Shown piece by piece: positions 26,682 through 41,479 of a stretch of 56,866 bases of DNA. Position 1 is the first letter of the stretch; each line of letters begins with the position of its first letter. A program made the position numbers and the translations under genes. This DNA is from Octopus bimaculoides (Eukaryota), in assembly GCF_001194135.2 (NCBI RefSeq), contig NC_068982.1, positions 165,098,617-165,155,482 of the forward strand. The letters are read 5' to 3'. Below the pieces are notes generated by a model. The model was not told where the DNA came from. It searched no databases and worked only from the letters and a program-made list of their open reading frames with translations.

Positions 26682-29600
26682 CTAGAAATAGAAATAGAAC
26701 TCTGCTTGAAAAGATGGTTGTATTGAACGAATTGTATGACTGAGTCAAAATCAATTATTGCAGTTGCTTTATCCATTTTCTAGGGGATTCAGTTATGCAG
26801 ATAACATGTATCAAAACTATATTTCAATCGAATTAATCTAGCTGATTCCATTCTTGGTTTATATCACTACATTTCTTTTCCCCAATGAAATATACTACTA
26901 CACAAGGAACAATAGGAATAGTATTCTGTGATAGAATAGACATTGTTTATGTTGTCCTCGTATTATTAATTCCCTTCATATACCATTCTTTGTGTAACAG
27001 ACCTTAAATTTGTTAGATACATCAGTTGGTTACAGCAGATTTGGCATTTGGTTTAAATTATTATCTTTAAATGTGGTTGGTATAATGTGAATCATAAGAT
27101 AGCTTATCTTGTCAAGGGTCAAACATCAATGTCTTTATGACATATATGAGAAATATTTTATTCTTCTTAACTAATTGAAATTATCGATAGAAAGCAGGTA
27201 CCGAAATTACAAAGGGTATTCATCACAAACGAAGAATATGCATCTTGTGATTTTATACATACATGCATGCATGGATACTTACACACGCACACGCACTCAC
27301 ATACGCACACACACACATACACACACACACATTCACACACACACACACATATACACATATATATACAGTATTAACAATGATTGACATGACTAGAAAGAAG
27401 ATATTTTGCATCATGCATTGAAATGATTAGTACATCTCTAAACGTATTAAGCTACGAAATACAAAAGCATATCTATTCTGGAAAGAGATGTAATTCGAGG
27501 ACTGTGTTACATATTAAGAAAAGAAAACTAATAAAGTTTGTCAGAGTAAGAAATGTTATTGTAAACCAAATGTAACATGGTATCAGGACCATTGAAGGGC
27601 AAATACAATGAGGATATCTTTTACATAATATATAAATAGGTTTTAAGATTTATAATCTCTATCACTATTGTTAGTATACTCTTATACATATAAATTTTAA
27701 TATAACAGTGTATATTCACAATATGAATTGTACATCTAGATTTTTATTATTCAGCTTAAATTACAATATATAATGTGTCGTTGCCGCATACCAATTAACA
27801 AGATGTGTGAGACTGAATTAACAATCAAAACAATCTGAAGAAATAAGTGTCGTAATATCTAGAAAAGTGTCAGTTCAATGTACAAGCAATTATGTTCGTA
27901 TGATGAAACGACTACTAAGAAACTTACTTGAGTGTTTGTCTCAAAATCAACGAATTATATTTTTTAACTTATATGACTGTTATGTGTATATTATTGTCGT
28001 AAAGATAATATTTTCAAGTATTGTTGACATATTTAGAGAGATGTCTGTTTTTATTACATTTAGTGATTTCATATACAAATGGAACCTCTTAAAATAGCCA
28101 TCATTTCATTAGTGGAATATTACACTACAAGTATATCTATTGACTTACAAAAGGAACTGATTAGCAGCATCAACGTGAGCCTTCGAGAGTATGCAAAAAG
28201 GGATTGTAGCATTAATTTGTTTTTAATTAGTTACAGAGCAAGCAAAGTTGCTACTTCCAATAAAAAAAGTGAAAACTTATTTACTTTACTATACAGGCTT
28301 TGCGACATTTTTAGACGTCTCTTTTAGTTCAGTATTAAATATGTATTCATTGAAACTAGCTTTGCTCGAATGTATTATATTAAACATATTAAATTGTTAA
28401 TTTCCTGTAGTAACAAAATGTAATCTTCTATCTTGATGATTTGCTCCAAGAATACAAATGTAAATAGTTATTATTAATTCTGTAATTATAATGTTTTTAT
28501 ATTATTCCTTTGGAAGCAATATAGCCTTTGAAATATTTGACAACACTTCAATGAAATATATAGACGGAACAAATTAATCTCACAAACAATCATGTTTTCT
28601 TCAACATTCCGTTCTCTATTTGTCAAGATAAAAACATATTTAAAACATTATCACACTGCTTTATTTCAAGTTAATTTTGATACAGACCATATTAGATTTT
28701 TTTTAATTCAAAAGTTAATAATTTTTAATGCGGCGAATTGATAGAGCCATGAAAGCTTTGGTCAGACGTTTTCTCTATGTTCTGAGTTCAGTTTCCTCAG
28801 AGACCAAATTTGACTTCCACCTTTCTGGGGTTGACATAATGGTACAATCAAAGGAGGAAGGTTGGTGTAAGTTTACAAAAGTAGGACCATTTGCCACGTG
28901 GTATCTGTTCCATCAGGTTTAACACTACCACCTGAACCTTGGGTGCTTTAAATGGAATCCAGTCCGCTCTAAGAATTCAGACCAAGTTTCTGCTTTTGAG
29001 ATACTTTTCACCTTACCATTGTTAGAAGCCTAGGTCATAGGCACTGTTTTTGTGACTAAACCAACCGATTATTACGTCCAATAAAAGAAAACACAAGGCT
29101 AACATCATCTGACTGTTTCATTGTGATATTTTATACAGCGAAATTTTAAAACAAAATAGGGAACCATGCGTCCATAAATCGAGTGTCTCAGTACACAAGA
29201 GGTATTACAGTTTACTATCGACTGAATATTTTGCGTTGCCTAAGTTCATTAAGCTGTGGAATGTAATGAACAGATTCCCTGGTTAAATTACCTTCGTTCA
29301 CACTGTCCAATCCACAATAAGAAAGATTTCCATCCACTTTACAGGAAACCGAACCTTTAAGCGCCGTAGCGCTTTTCAAAAATGATTGTATGTATATATC
29401 TGAACACGTTAGAAATATAATATATGAAGTGCAACAGTATACATTACAATATTAAAATAATTGATATAACTACCGGAGAAGACCTGTGGAATAATATCGC
29501 AAAAATACCATATTTTATTCCAGGCATTGATAGCCATTTGGTAAAACTTGTAACATCCACTTGAATAATGACAGTATATTCTGTAATGAAGCTGAATCTG

Positions 29601-30573
29601 TCTACCTGAGTGGGCTTTTCCCGCGATTCGATTATACCTAATTAGATAATTAATTTGCACAAATCAAATAATTTATCTTGCAATAAAGCAATTATCAGGA
29701 ATGTAGAAGTAGAGCATTCAGTGAAAACATATAGATGGCTGTAAACAATCAACTATTTTCCCGTTGGTTTAAGAAGTGTTCATGAAAGTTTTAATGTTTT
29801 TAATTTAATGATTCTAAGTTGCCAACTAGTAAATAATGAATAAATATCTAAGGAAATTTCTTTAAAATTTTTTTATAATAACTAGAATGTATAATTCAAT
29901 AAATGAACATTAAACTAAAGTATATAGAATTGTTAGTTAATTTGATAATATTTTAATTCAATTCAATATTTCTAAATGATTAGATCCAATGGAAATGAAA
30001 TTATATTATTTTAATATGAAAATAATAAATCAATGTTTTCAGGAATATACCAAGTTTTTCAATAATAAAAAATGACAATGCAAATTTCGATTATTTTTAT
30101 AAATTTCCTTCATAATTTAGAATTTGCAAAAGAAATTTCAGATTTGATTTGATAATTTTATATTCGATACAGAAACAGTGTAACAGACAATTTAAATTAA
30201 TGTTTTAAAAAAATCAATTTAATAAAAAAAAAATCAAGTAACTTCGATGAATTATATCAAACTTGGAATCTAATATTGTAAAACTCTGCGTGTGTCTGTG
30301 ATTCTATTTCCCTTTGCGTAACATGAAATACATGGAATGGGAATTTTTTATTTCATTTAGTAAAAAATCTGAGATGTATGAGATAGGATTTTTTTTTTCA
30401 TGTCGTTGACATGTAGAAATAGAAATTACACAAACGCATATCCAGTTTTCAGAACAGAAGATGATTCGGCATTGGTTTAATCACATAATCAATTTTTTGG
30501 AAATAATTTGTTTGTTTGGCTACAATAGGAACATTTAACTTAGTTACACAAGGGCAGAAAATATGAATCAATA

Positions 30574-30620
<47 letters not shown>

Positions 30621-31749
30621 CGAATATGTTTTCCATATTTTGTTATATTGATTACATACAATCTTTACGATGACGCTGGAAGGGTGACATTCATGTGCTT
30701 AATGAAAGTGTTAATATAATTAATCACATCAGGCTGACGCTTTTCTATTAATTATTATTCTATCGTATTTAAATCAACATATTGTAAAGCAATGAGATCT
30801 CTTGTAAATTATCTATACTTAATAGAAGCTCATATGCTTTGTGTTGTGTGAGCATATTGTTGGCAAGCAGAGTAATTATCACTGTATGATTATATAGGAA
30901 TGAAGCCATAAAATGCACACACGCAAACACAGAAATGCTAATATAAAAAGGCACCCATAAAGACAACAAGAAAACGACATGACGCGTTATTTATCTTGTG
31001 TTTACTTGTAGAATATCTTATTTATTATCACGTACTGGGTTTGATATACGGTTCGGAATCTCAGAATGTTTTATTTATTCAGTTACACATTTGAAGTGTT
31101 CAGAATATATTTTCTTGCTGACAAATAGATACGCTCCTATGGACTTACTGCTCTACTATTAGGATGATTTAAACACTTAACTTCATGAACCTGACATCAT
31201 AATACCACATAGTTGTAAATTATATCTAATTACTGATAGAATTTTAAGCATTGCTTATAACTATGTTATTTCTATGTCAATTTAAATCGATATAGTTGTG
31301 ACAAGTCCACAAGCTATTGGAGATACCTCGTGCAGTATTGGACATAATTTAATCAATGTAAAATTAGAAAACTTGAAAATTGCAGGCCTTATAGGTAACA
31401 ATGGCATGTTAGTACATTAAATAAACACTGAATATATTTTCAAATAAAAGCAATGCCATCATGAAGACAGTTACTATTATCATTGTCATTCTTTTCCACA
31501 TCGGTATTATCGGGGAAAGATAAGGGAATGTAAATTTATAACATTCTTCAGGACGGTGATTGGCAGAGTTGTTTAAGCATCAGACAAAATGTATTGTTAA
31601 CTGTTTCGGAATTTTACGCTTTGAATTCAAACGCTACCAAGCACAACTTTATTCCAGGCTAGATAAATAAAGTAACACATAAGTAATGTAGTTGGACTAC
31701 TCCCCAAATCCTGAAAATTCTGAACTTGTATCTATATTACGAACAATAT

Positions 31750-32165
31750 TACTACATACTTAAACTGACAACGTAAATGGTCAAAAGTTTGTCTTGGAAT
31801 TATTTCACTAGAGACATTGTCACTCGCTTACACGTGAATATTAGAATGTATTATTTATCACATCAGTCATTTGAAGTGTTGAGAATATATTTGTATGCTA
31901 ACGGAAACAACCTAGATAGATAAACTCATATATACTGCTCTGCAGTATTACACCATACTTAAATTAATAACGTAACTGGTCAAAAGTATGTCTTGGCGTT
32001 CTTTCTCTAGAAATATTGTTACTAGCTTACTCGTAAATATGTGAATGTATTATTTATCAAATCACTCATTTGAAGTGTTTAGAATGTATTAGTTTGCCAA
32101 CGGAAAAAAATCTAGATAAATAAACTCATATATACTGTTCTACCATTAGGATGATTTGAACACTT
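31750..32165. repeat. Degenerate ~200-bp tandem duplication, with a related copy at about 31060-31185
   Basis: CATACTTAAA at 31755 and 31954. Shared GGTCAAAAGT.TGTCTTGG, AATGTATTATTTATCA, CATTTGAAGTGTT.AGAAT and TAAACTCATATATACTG. Confidence 0.8.
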
Positions 32166-32280
32166 AAATTCTTAACTTAGCATCTTACACCAGATTGCTT
32201 TTAAAAGTGACATCTACATATTTGTTGAGCTATTCCTGTTAAGACTTAGCTTAAGTATGCGACAAAAGACCTATATATAA

Positions 32281-32326
32281 CGAAGGCATTCCCCTTGCAA
32301 CCACGAAGGCATTCCCCTTGCAACCA
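32281..32326. repeat. Perfect 23-bp tandem duplication
   Basis: CGAAGGCATTCCCCTTGCAACCA occurs twice. Confidence 0.95.
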
Positions 32327-32810
32327 TTAGATATAATGAAATCAGAACTACACTATCCAACGCTTCCTTCTCTTCAGTAGTAGTATGTGGTTTGAACGAA
32401 AAAGAATGGTAAAGTGAAGCCAAACATAAAAGCTTACATATTTACTGATTCTTTTCAGTGCCTTAATACTATACTGTTTAATGAAACGAATTCAATTGTT
32501 AGAAACCGCTGAGTGACCCAATAAGTTTAGAACTGAATGGGAAACGGTTACACATTGGAAAAAAAATCTGATTATTATATTTTAGATTCTTTAGGCCGTA
32601 TCAATACTTTTAATTAGATTTTAGAAAATATAAATTTGGTGGTAGTATTTTAGATACGTAAAATAAGCAAAAAGCCCACAGTAATAACAAAACATTATCG
32701 GCCACCACAAAAATTCAATCACATTCATACTTATTTTCGATTCTAAACTTTGTTAATATACAGAAAACAACCGTAGATATGTACATACATAGGGATATAT
32801 ATATATATAC

Positions 32811-32852
<42 letters not shown>

Positions 32853-35305
32853 GAGTAAACATGTATGTAAATATATATGTATCGAAATAATCTTCTCATC
32901 AATAGGTAATAATTTAGTGCCAGAGGTGTCCTTTCTCATTGCAGTTGATGCCAAATGTCTTCATCAATAGAGACCTTCATATATTTCATTCTAGACACAT
33001 TATATTAGAAACAAAGTTGCTATTATATTTTTCTAATCTCCTTCATCAATATTAAAATAAAAATTGTAATTTCTTGAAAGAAAATTAATTTCTCTTTATG
33101 ACCCAGATTCTCCGATGTCAGACATTTGATATAAAAGGAGAAAAAGAATAATTAAACCAAAATTTTGATGGGACATCAGTCGATTTAAAATTTCTGCAGA
33201 GTTTCATTTTCATCTGAACTTACTTTGACTTAGATGCCCTGTTGTGCCACAATAACTACATCCTTCGTAAGAGTTCTGTGACACCCGAACGGAGTAATGT
33301 GCATTAATTTAATATCTCTTTAGATTATCACAACACCATTGATTTCTTGTTTTGAAAATGATGGCTTAAAATAATCACAACAGGTCTATAAAAGAAAATT
33401 CCCATAATTCCGTGCAAAACAGGAATTTTAATAAAGTAATACAATCAATATTGCACATAATTAAAGAAGCTCAACAACATAATATAATGTCTACAGACAA
33501 AAGACATCATTGGAAGAATAGATTTCGTCGATATTGTAATATTTGAGGTTCCATACTGACACTTTTGACAGCACGTAATCTCAGACATTCATATAGTTAT
33601 ACGTGATGTATGTGTTTATGTGTGTGTGTGTTTGTGCAGGTATGTGTATATATAACTCTGTTCCTATGTGTATTTTGTTTAAATGTATACACGTACAAGC
33701 ATGCATTCACTCATACCGACATGCACATGAAATCAATATGATGGAAGTGTACGACAGTTATAACATATTCACAACGTTAATCTGTAATATTTTGTTGTGA
33801 CGCTCATTACTTTGACCTAATCTGGGTTTGAATTAATGTTCCGTAGAGTATATACCTGAGCTATCTCGGACCTATTTGCCATAATTAAGTTTAATGTGAT
33901 ACAAAGTACTAGATTATATTAGATATAGACTCATTAGCTGGGAAGTTTTGTTAAAATAATGGAGAATATTTACGCTTTTGAGTCTATGAAAGAGTCGACT
34001 TTTTCAAAATCATGTAGTCAATCTTTAATTTGGTGTGTACATAATAAAAAACTCTTTCTGTTTTTCTTTTTTTTTTTTTTACTTTCGGTTGTGTATCTAA
34101 GAGTGTGTCAAAGTTACGATTATTTAAACATCGGTTGGTGAATATGCAACTTTATTTCTACCTGACATCACGTATTTTTTTCTGTAAAACCAAATAATTA
34201 ATGGCAAGGTAATTTTTCTTTCTTCAACTAGAATTTAGAAAATGAATTTGCGCTTAACGCACACAGATATAGAATAGGGAGAATTAATGAATCTAGTTAT
34301 TTCACAGAATTACCGTTACATAATTTCTGGTTGTTATTGTTTTTATGTTAAATCCCCAGATCACTTCTTGTAGAGGTCTATCATAAAATAAATTCTAGAC
34401 TTCATATATGTCCATCTTCTTGAATGTAGAGGGTATCATGTGCTACATCATCACAATCATTTATAATATAGACAGAAATGGGAAAACTGATGAAGATGTG
34501 GGTACTATTTCCAGAAAAACACAATACCTCATAGCTCCTCTTTTGTTGGTTCATGTAATAATACTTTTAGAATGAGCGCTCTTATAATATGCTTAAATAT
34601 ATTTCGAATAAAAATTACGTCAATATCTTTGAAAGCATTTGGGAAATAACTGTAATGATCATATTGAAATGCAACTGTAGCTTACTGGCTTTTTTTACAA
34701 TGTCATTGACTTTCATGTGAGCATTATAAATTCCTGATTTACTATTTAATGCGAGTTAAAGTAATTTAAACACATACACAGAAAGAATAAATTTTCCAGT
34801 CCAAATGACTGGATTATAGTATTCATGATTTTTATTTAACTAACGTTGTATGCTAAGCTACTGGGTACGAGAAAAGACAAATATTTATTTCAGTTAAAAG
34901 ATTTACTTTGGAATCACATGCTGGTTAATATATTTTTAGAGCAAATGAAGTGAGTCAGATAGTCAAGTTTCAGTAAGATTAATGCAGTAAGATTAATACT
35001 TTCCACTTGCAAGATATAGTATAATGTGAATACTTAGCTTTTATATCTACATAAAACCACTTTTTACCTATGTGTTTCTATGAAAATATAAACTTTTCAC
35101 CGATTGATCTCTGTGGATCTTTCTATTTTTCATGATGCAACGCGTTTATACCATTATCTGACTTTACTGGTTTTCTTTCGCTTATTTTGCACTGTTTGCA
35201 TGTCATAGCAATAACAATAAGTGTATCAACATCCATGTCTATGCATGTGTATGTATATTCTTGTATATGTGTCTTTGAGATAGAGTGTGTGTGTGTGTGT
35301 GTGTG

Positions 35306-35715
35306 TGTGGTGGTAAGAAGCTTGCTTTCTAAGCACATGGTTCCGGGTTCAGCCTTATTCCGTGACATCTTGGGCAAGTATCTTCTACCATAGCCCGAGG
35401 CCGACTAAAACCTTGTGAGTGAATTCGGTAGACGGAAACTGAAAGAACCCCGTCGGATATATGTATATATAGATATATGTATATGTGTGCGTAGGTGTGT
35501 GTCTTTGTGTTTGTCCCCCCACCACTTCAACATAGGTGCTTGTGTGTTTACGTCTCCATAGCTTAGCGGTTCGCCAAAAGTGATACCTATAATAAGTTCC
35601 AGACTTTAAAAAAAATAAGTCCTAGGGTCGAGACATTAACCTAAAAATTCTTCAAGGCGGTATTCCAACAGGGTCTCAGTCTAATGAATGAAACAATTAA
35701 AAGATAAAAGATAAA
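35306..35715 (+). mobile_element. tRNA-derived SINE with CORE-like centre and internal microsatellite
   Basis: Head GTGGTAAGAAGCTTGC..GGTTCCGGGTTCAG, centre TTGGGCAAGTATCTTCTAC..GTAGACGGAAACTGAAAG, tail TGAAACAATTAAAAGATAAAAGAT. Same family as 35757-36100 and 40085-40225. Confidence 0.8.
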
Positions 35716-35756
35716 GATATATATACATATATATTGCGTGTGTATATATACATATA

Positions 35757-35931
35757 CTCTTTTATTTGTTTCAGTCATTTGACTGCGAACAAATCGACCC
35801 CCAGGACTTATTCTTCGTAAGCCTAGTACTTACTCTATCGGTTTCTTTTGCCGAACCGCTACGTTACGGAGACGTGAACACACCAACATCGGTTGTCAAG
35901 TGATGGTGGACACACACACACACACACAAAC

Positions 35932-35978
<47 letters not shown>

Positions 35979-36100
35979 TACACACACACACACATACACA
36001 CATATATATATATATATACGATGAGTCTCTTTCAGTGTCTGTCTACCAAATCCACTCACTAGGCCTTGGTCGGCCCGAGGCTATAGGGCCAAAGACTTGT
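35757..36100 (-). mobile_element. Same SINE family, inverted, 5'-truncated
   Basis: Reverse-complement matches to the 35306-35715 blocks (TTTCAGT.TC.GTCTACC, CTCAC..GGC.TTGGTCGGCCCGAGGCTATAG, GCCGAACCGCTA, TTTCAGTCATT). Confidence 0.8.
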
Positions 36101-36172
36101 GAGCAGATCTAGATTGCAAGACCATATGTCAAATACAAGTTATTTAAATATAGTTCTTCAAGTTCAGGTGTA

Positions 36173-37140
36173 TTAAGAATTGTGGACGCCATGTATACAT
36201 GAAATTATGTATGGTCGGGATTGTAATATATGAATGTTGTGTTTAGCTGCGTGTAGGCATCTGGGTAATTGTTCAATGCGCTCCTTTGTTAACATTATCG
36301 GGAGTGACTCCTCGAAGCATAACTGGTACTTCCGAGATATAGTGTTGCAAGGACTCGCATGTCTAAGCATGGACCATGTAAGACCGTATTTTGCCTTCGC
36401 TTCCTTAAGCCTCCAGATTGTCGTGTAAGGATATTTCGAAAGCTGGCAATGTGGTTGCGGTATAGATTTTCGACAAAATCGGCCGATGCCCCGATATATA
36501 CGCAGAGGCCTCTTCTAGTGCTTATAGTGCAATTGTATACCACATTCTTAGTCATGCATTGGTTATCCAAAGGGCAATTGGCTCTATCTCTGCATGAGCA
36601 TAACTGTTTGATTTTGCTCGATTGTGTGATTAGTTCTGTTCGGTATGTTGGTTGGCAATATTATTGTTTTATTTTCACAATTTGTAGGTGTTCTTAGTTT
36701 ATTATTTGAATTGTTCCCGGTGTTATTTGTTGGAGTGTTATGAATATTGTAATTATTGCGCTGTTGGTTGGTAGTATAATTCGAGTTATAATCGTTGTTT
36801 TTAGGTTGATCATATGAGTTATGGTTGATGTTGAGAAGGTTATTTTGTGTTCTGATTAATCTTCGCCTCAGTTTACGGTTGTTAATCCTATGAATATGGT
36901 GATCTAAGTTTAATGAATTTGCATAGGGTAGTTTTACAGTGTGTCGGTTGAATATTTTGATGCACACTCCACTTTTATGGAAGCAGTGATCAAGTGCAGT
37001 GAAAAGTTGTTTCACGATTTCGGATGGGATGTTGGGGCTCCAGATCAGGTTATAGCATAGAACGTTATGTTTTTTATACTTTTGGCTAGGTCTGTTTGTC
37101 TGGGTGCTTGGGGCGGCAATTAGATTTTGTGGTGATAGTT
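36173..37140 (-). mobile_element. Penelope-like element (Naiad-type): RT-EN linker, CxCx5Cx5C motif and GIY-YIG endonuclease, frameshifted
   Basis: KLFTALDHCFHKSGVCIKIFNRHTVKLPYANSLN..IHRINNRK; then CSCRDRANCPLDNQCMTKNVVYNCTISTRRGLCVYIG...LYRNHIASFRN; then IWRLKEAKAKYGLTWSMLRHASP...QLCFEES...RCLH. Confidence 0.88.
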
Positions 37141-37143
37141 GTT

Positions 37144-38075
<932 letters not shown>

Positions 38076-38145
38076 AAACATGCCAGCATCGTTGTCAAGC
38101 GATGGTTGGGGGGCAAACACAGGAACAAAACATATACATATATAT

Positions 38146-38291
38146 TGTTACGAACGCCCGCACGCGAAGCACCTCCTCAACACCGAAGGGGGACTCGTGC
38201 ACGCGCGAACGTTCATACGCTCAGTGAGCTAGCAAATTCGTCTGTCGATCACCTGACCGCGATAATAAAGCCCCGGCTGGAGCACGTAACG
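38146..38291 (+). mobile_element. Short solo-LTR-like element
   Basis: Starts TGTTACG, ends CGTAAC(G), contains AATAAA, and is GC-rich relative to the flanks. No TSD found. Confidence 0.35.
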
Positions 38292-39221
38292 AAGAACAAC
38301 ACAGGCAAATAGGACGGGGAGGAAGAAACAACACGAAGACCATGCGTTGGGTAACCTTTTCTTTTTTGTCGTACATAACATCACAGAATACATTTAAAAC
38401 ATTAGAATAGAGCATTACATAATAACAATTCCAATACANNNNNNNNNNNNNNNNNNNNNNNNNNNNNNNNNNNNNNNNNNNNNNNNNNNNNNNNNNNNNN
38501 NNNNNNNNNNNNNNNNNNNNNNNNNNNNNNNNNNNNNNNNNNNNNNNNNNNNNNNNNNNNNNNNNNNNNNNNNNNNNNNNNNNNNNNNNNNNNNNNNNNN
38601 NNNNNNNNNNNNNNNNNNNNNNNNNNNNNNNNNNNNNNNNNNNNNNNNNNNNNNNNNNNNNNNNNNNNNNNNNNNNNNNNNNNNNNNNNNNNNNNNNNNN
38701 NNNNNNNNNNNNNNNNNNNNNNNNNNNNNNNNNNNNNNNNNNNNNNNNNNNNNNNNNNNNNNNNNNNNNNNNNNNNNNNNNNNNNNNNNNNNNNNNNNNN
38801 NNNNNNNNNNNNNNNNNNNNNNNNNNNNNNNNNNNNNNNNNNNNNNNNNNNNNNNNNNNNNNNNNNNNNNNNNNNNNNNNNNNNNNNNNNNNNNNNNNNN
38901 NNNNNNNNNNNNNNNNNNNNNNNNNNNNNNNNNNNNNNNNNNNNNNNNNNNNNNNNNNNNNNNNNNNNNNNNNNNNNNNNNNNNNNNNNNNNNNNNNNNN
39001 NNNNNNNNNNNNNNNNNNNNNNNNNNNNNNNNNNNNNNNNNNNNNNNNNNNNNNNNNNNNNNNNNNNNNNNNNNNNNNNNNNNNNNNNNNNNNNNNNNNN
39101 NNNNNNNNNNNNNNNNNNNNNNNNNNNNNNNNNNNNNNNNNNNNNNNNNNNNNNNNNNNNNNNNNNNNNNNNNNNNNNNNNNNNNNNNNNNNNNNNNNNN
39201 NNNNNNNNNNNNNNTATACAC

Positions 39222-39256
<35 letters not shown>

Positions 39257-39267
39257 ACAATATATAA

Positions 39268-39317
<50 letters not shown>

Positions 39318-40084
39318 GTATAGGCACATACGAACTGTCTTACACACGCACGCGCACCTTCATTTTGGGATCACTACGACATTATTATCTCCCCTTCTTC
39401 CTAGCTCTTCTGTGTGATCCTTCTGTCCGGCATTCGCCATGATAGATCCATAGCCACTACACATTATTTTTTTTGTCTCCTAGTTTCTTTCCTTGTTTCT
39501 TTCTGTGGAAGAGTGTAGGTTTAAACGTTAAAGACTTTTTCACTTCCCGAGCGTTATACTAATTCATCTGCATGTTTTCTATACCACCTGTCTTCGTCTT
39601 TTATTTCTTTTTTTGTTTGTGAATTTTCCCTATATATATANNNNNNNNNNNNNNNNNNNNNNNNNNNNNNNNNNNNNNNNNNNNNNNNNNNNNNNNNNNN
39701 NNNNNNNNNNNNNNNNNNNNNNNNNNNNNNNNNNNNNNNNNNNNNNNNNNNNNNNNNNNNNNNNNNNNNNNNNNNNNNNNNNNNNNNNNNNNNNNNNNNN
39801 NNNNNNNNNNNNNNNNNNNNNNNNNNNNNNNNNNNNNNNNNNNNNNNNNNNNNNNNNNNNNNNNNNNNNNNNNNNNNNNNNNNNNNNNNNNNNNNNNNNN
39901 NNNNNNNNNNNNNNNNNNNNNNNNNNNNNNNNNNNNNNNNNNNNNNNNNNNNNNNNNNNNNNNNNNNNNNNNNNNNNNNNNNNNNNNNNNNNNNNNNNNN
40001 NNNNNNNNNNNNNNNNNNNNNNNNNNNNNNNNNNNNNNNNNNNNNNNNNNNNNNNNNNNNNNNNNNNNNTATATATATACAACA

Positions 40085-40225
40085 GGCTTCTTTCAGTTTC
40101 TGTCTAACAAATCCACTCACAAGGCTTTGGTCGGCCCGTGGCTATAGTAGATGACACTTGCAATGGGACTAAACCCGGAACCATGTGGTTGGCAAGCAAG
40201 CTACTTACAACTCAACCACTCCTGC
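40085..40225 (-). mobile_element. SINE 5' half (same family as 35306)
   Basis: CTTTCAGTTTCTGTCTA..CTCACAAGGCTTTGGTCGGCCCG..CCCGGAACCATGTGGTTGG.AAGCAAGCT.CTTAC. Confidence 0.8.
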
Positions 40226-40228
40226 GCC

Positions 40229-40284
<56 letters not shown>

Positions 40285-40731
40285 TGTATAAAAGTTGCAA
40301 ATGGTAATATGCAGCGTACCCCAGAGAGTCCTAAACAGCACTCCAAACAGTTAATAATGAGATATTATGGAAACCAGCAAATATAGGAAGTCTGAATGCA
40401 TGACGGACCTGGATTTATATCCTTTTGTATAATACAGCTAAATTGGTCCTTAGATATGGAAAAGAAACCTTGGGGATTAGTTTCATTGCATGGTTAACAT
40501 TCATCTTTCACTGTTATAACAACACAGGGTGCCTTGACATTAAATGTTTCCTATTCTTCCCGATTCGAACAATCTGTAACAATTTAGGAGAAGCAGGTTC
40601 ATGACTCACTGAATAATATACATACTTGATAAATTTAGAATGATGAAGCTGCAAATTACTGCTAATTTCAGTAACACGCGGAGTGTCTGTGGACTGAATA
40701 TTTTGTATCTAGGAAGAGAGATGCTACTCAC

Positions 40732-40893
40732 TGATGTTAGCTGATAAATCGGTAATTTTCCAGGTAAAGTACAAATACTTGAATATATTGCAGGGCAATG
40801 CTGTGAGATATTCAAAACATCATGGCACGAATTAATCAAACAAACCATTATTTTTATAACACAGTACGATATTTCTATACCTAAATTCGAAAA
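40732..40893 (-). CDS. Candidate exon (FSNLGIEISYCVIK...GKLPIYQLTS)
   Basis: 162 nt, phase 0 to 0, pyrimidine-rich acceptor ttttgtttttcaacag, donor A|gtgagt. The in-register antisense frame is also open, so the strand is uncertain. Confidence 0.22.
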
Positions 40894-41479
40894 CTGTTGA
40901 AAAACAAAACGAAAATAATGGAAATTGAATATATTGTACATTTTTGAAAGAAGAATGTATTTCGTTTACATATAAATATTCACTGCATGAATTGTTTAGC
41001 TTCAGAAAGGTATCACAGACCTATGTGCTGAAAAACTTTAAAGGTCTAACAAAAGAAATGCCTAATATGTTTAACTGCAAGTAGATCTAAAAGAAATTTC
41101 TCTTCTTGGAATATAATTGAAACATATTGAGAATATTGCGAGTTCATCTGATACAATTACTGCTGTCATGTAGACGTTACTAGAAAATATCAGTCCGTAT
41201 CGTGGTAGAAAATATATATTTATAAAAATATAAATATATAAGCAACTGTTTAGACGATGTCATAAGTGCATTTCTCTTCATAATAATGAACTATCGAATA
41301 AAATTTTGAAACACCTTATCATGACTTCCCTCGATCGATCGAAGAAATATATGTTGATATATAAAAAATATTTAAACAGGTAGTTCTTAACCTGGGGTAC
41401 ACACTATCCCCTAGAGGGGAGTCAGTAATTTCCAAGAGGGCGCGAGGCCTTTGAGAAAAAGCAGGAATTTCTCTATTTA

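Noticed and set aside
27867-28327. Consecutive plus-strand ORFs of 76 and 82 aa
   Set aside because: No homology recognised, and the best acceptor puts a stop in frame. Cannot be supported.
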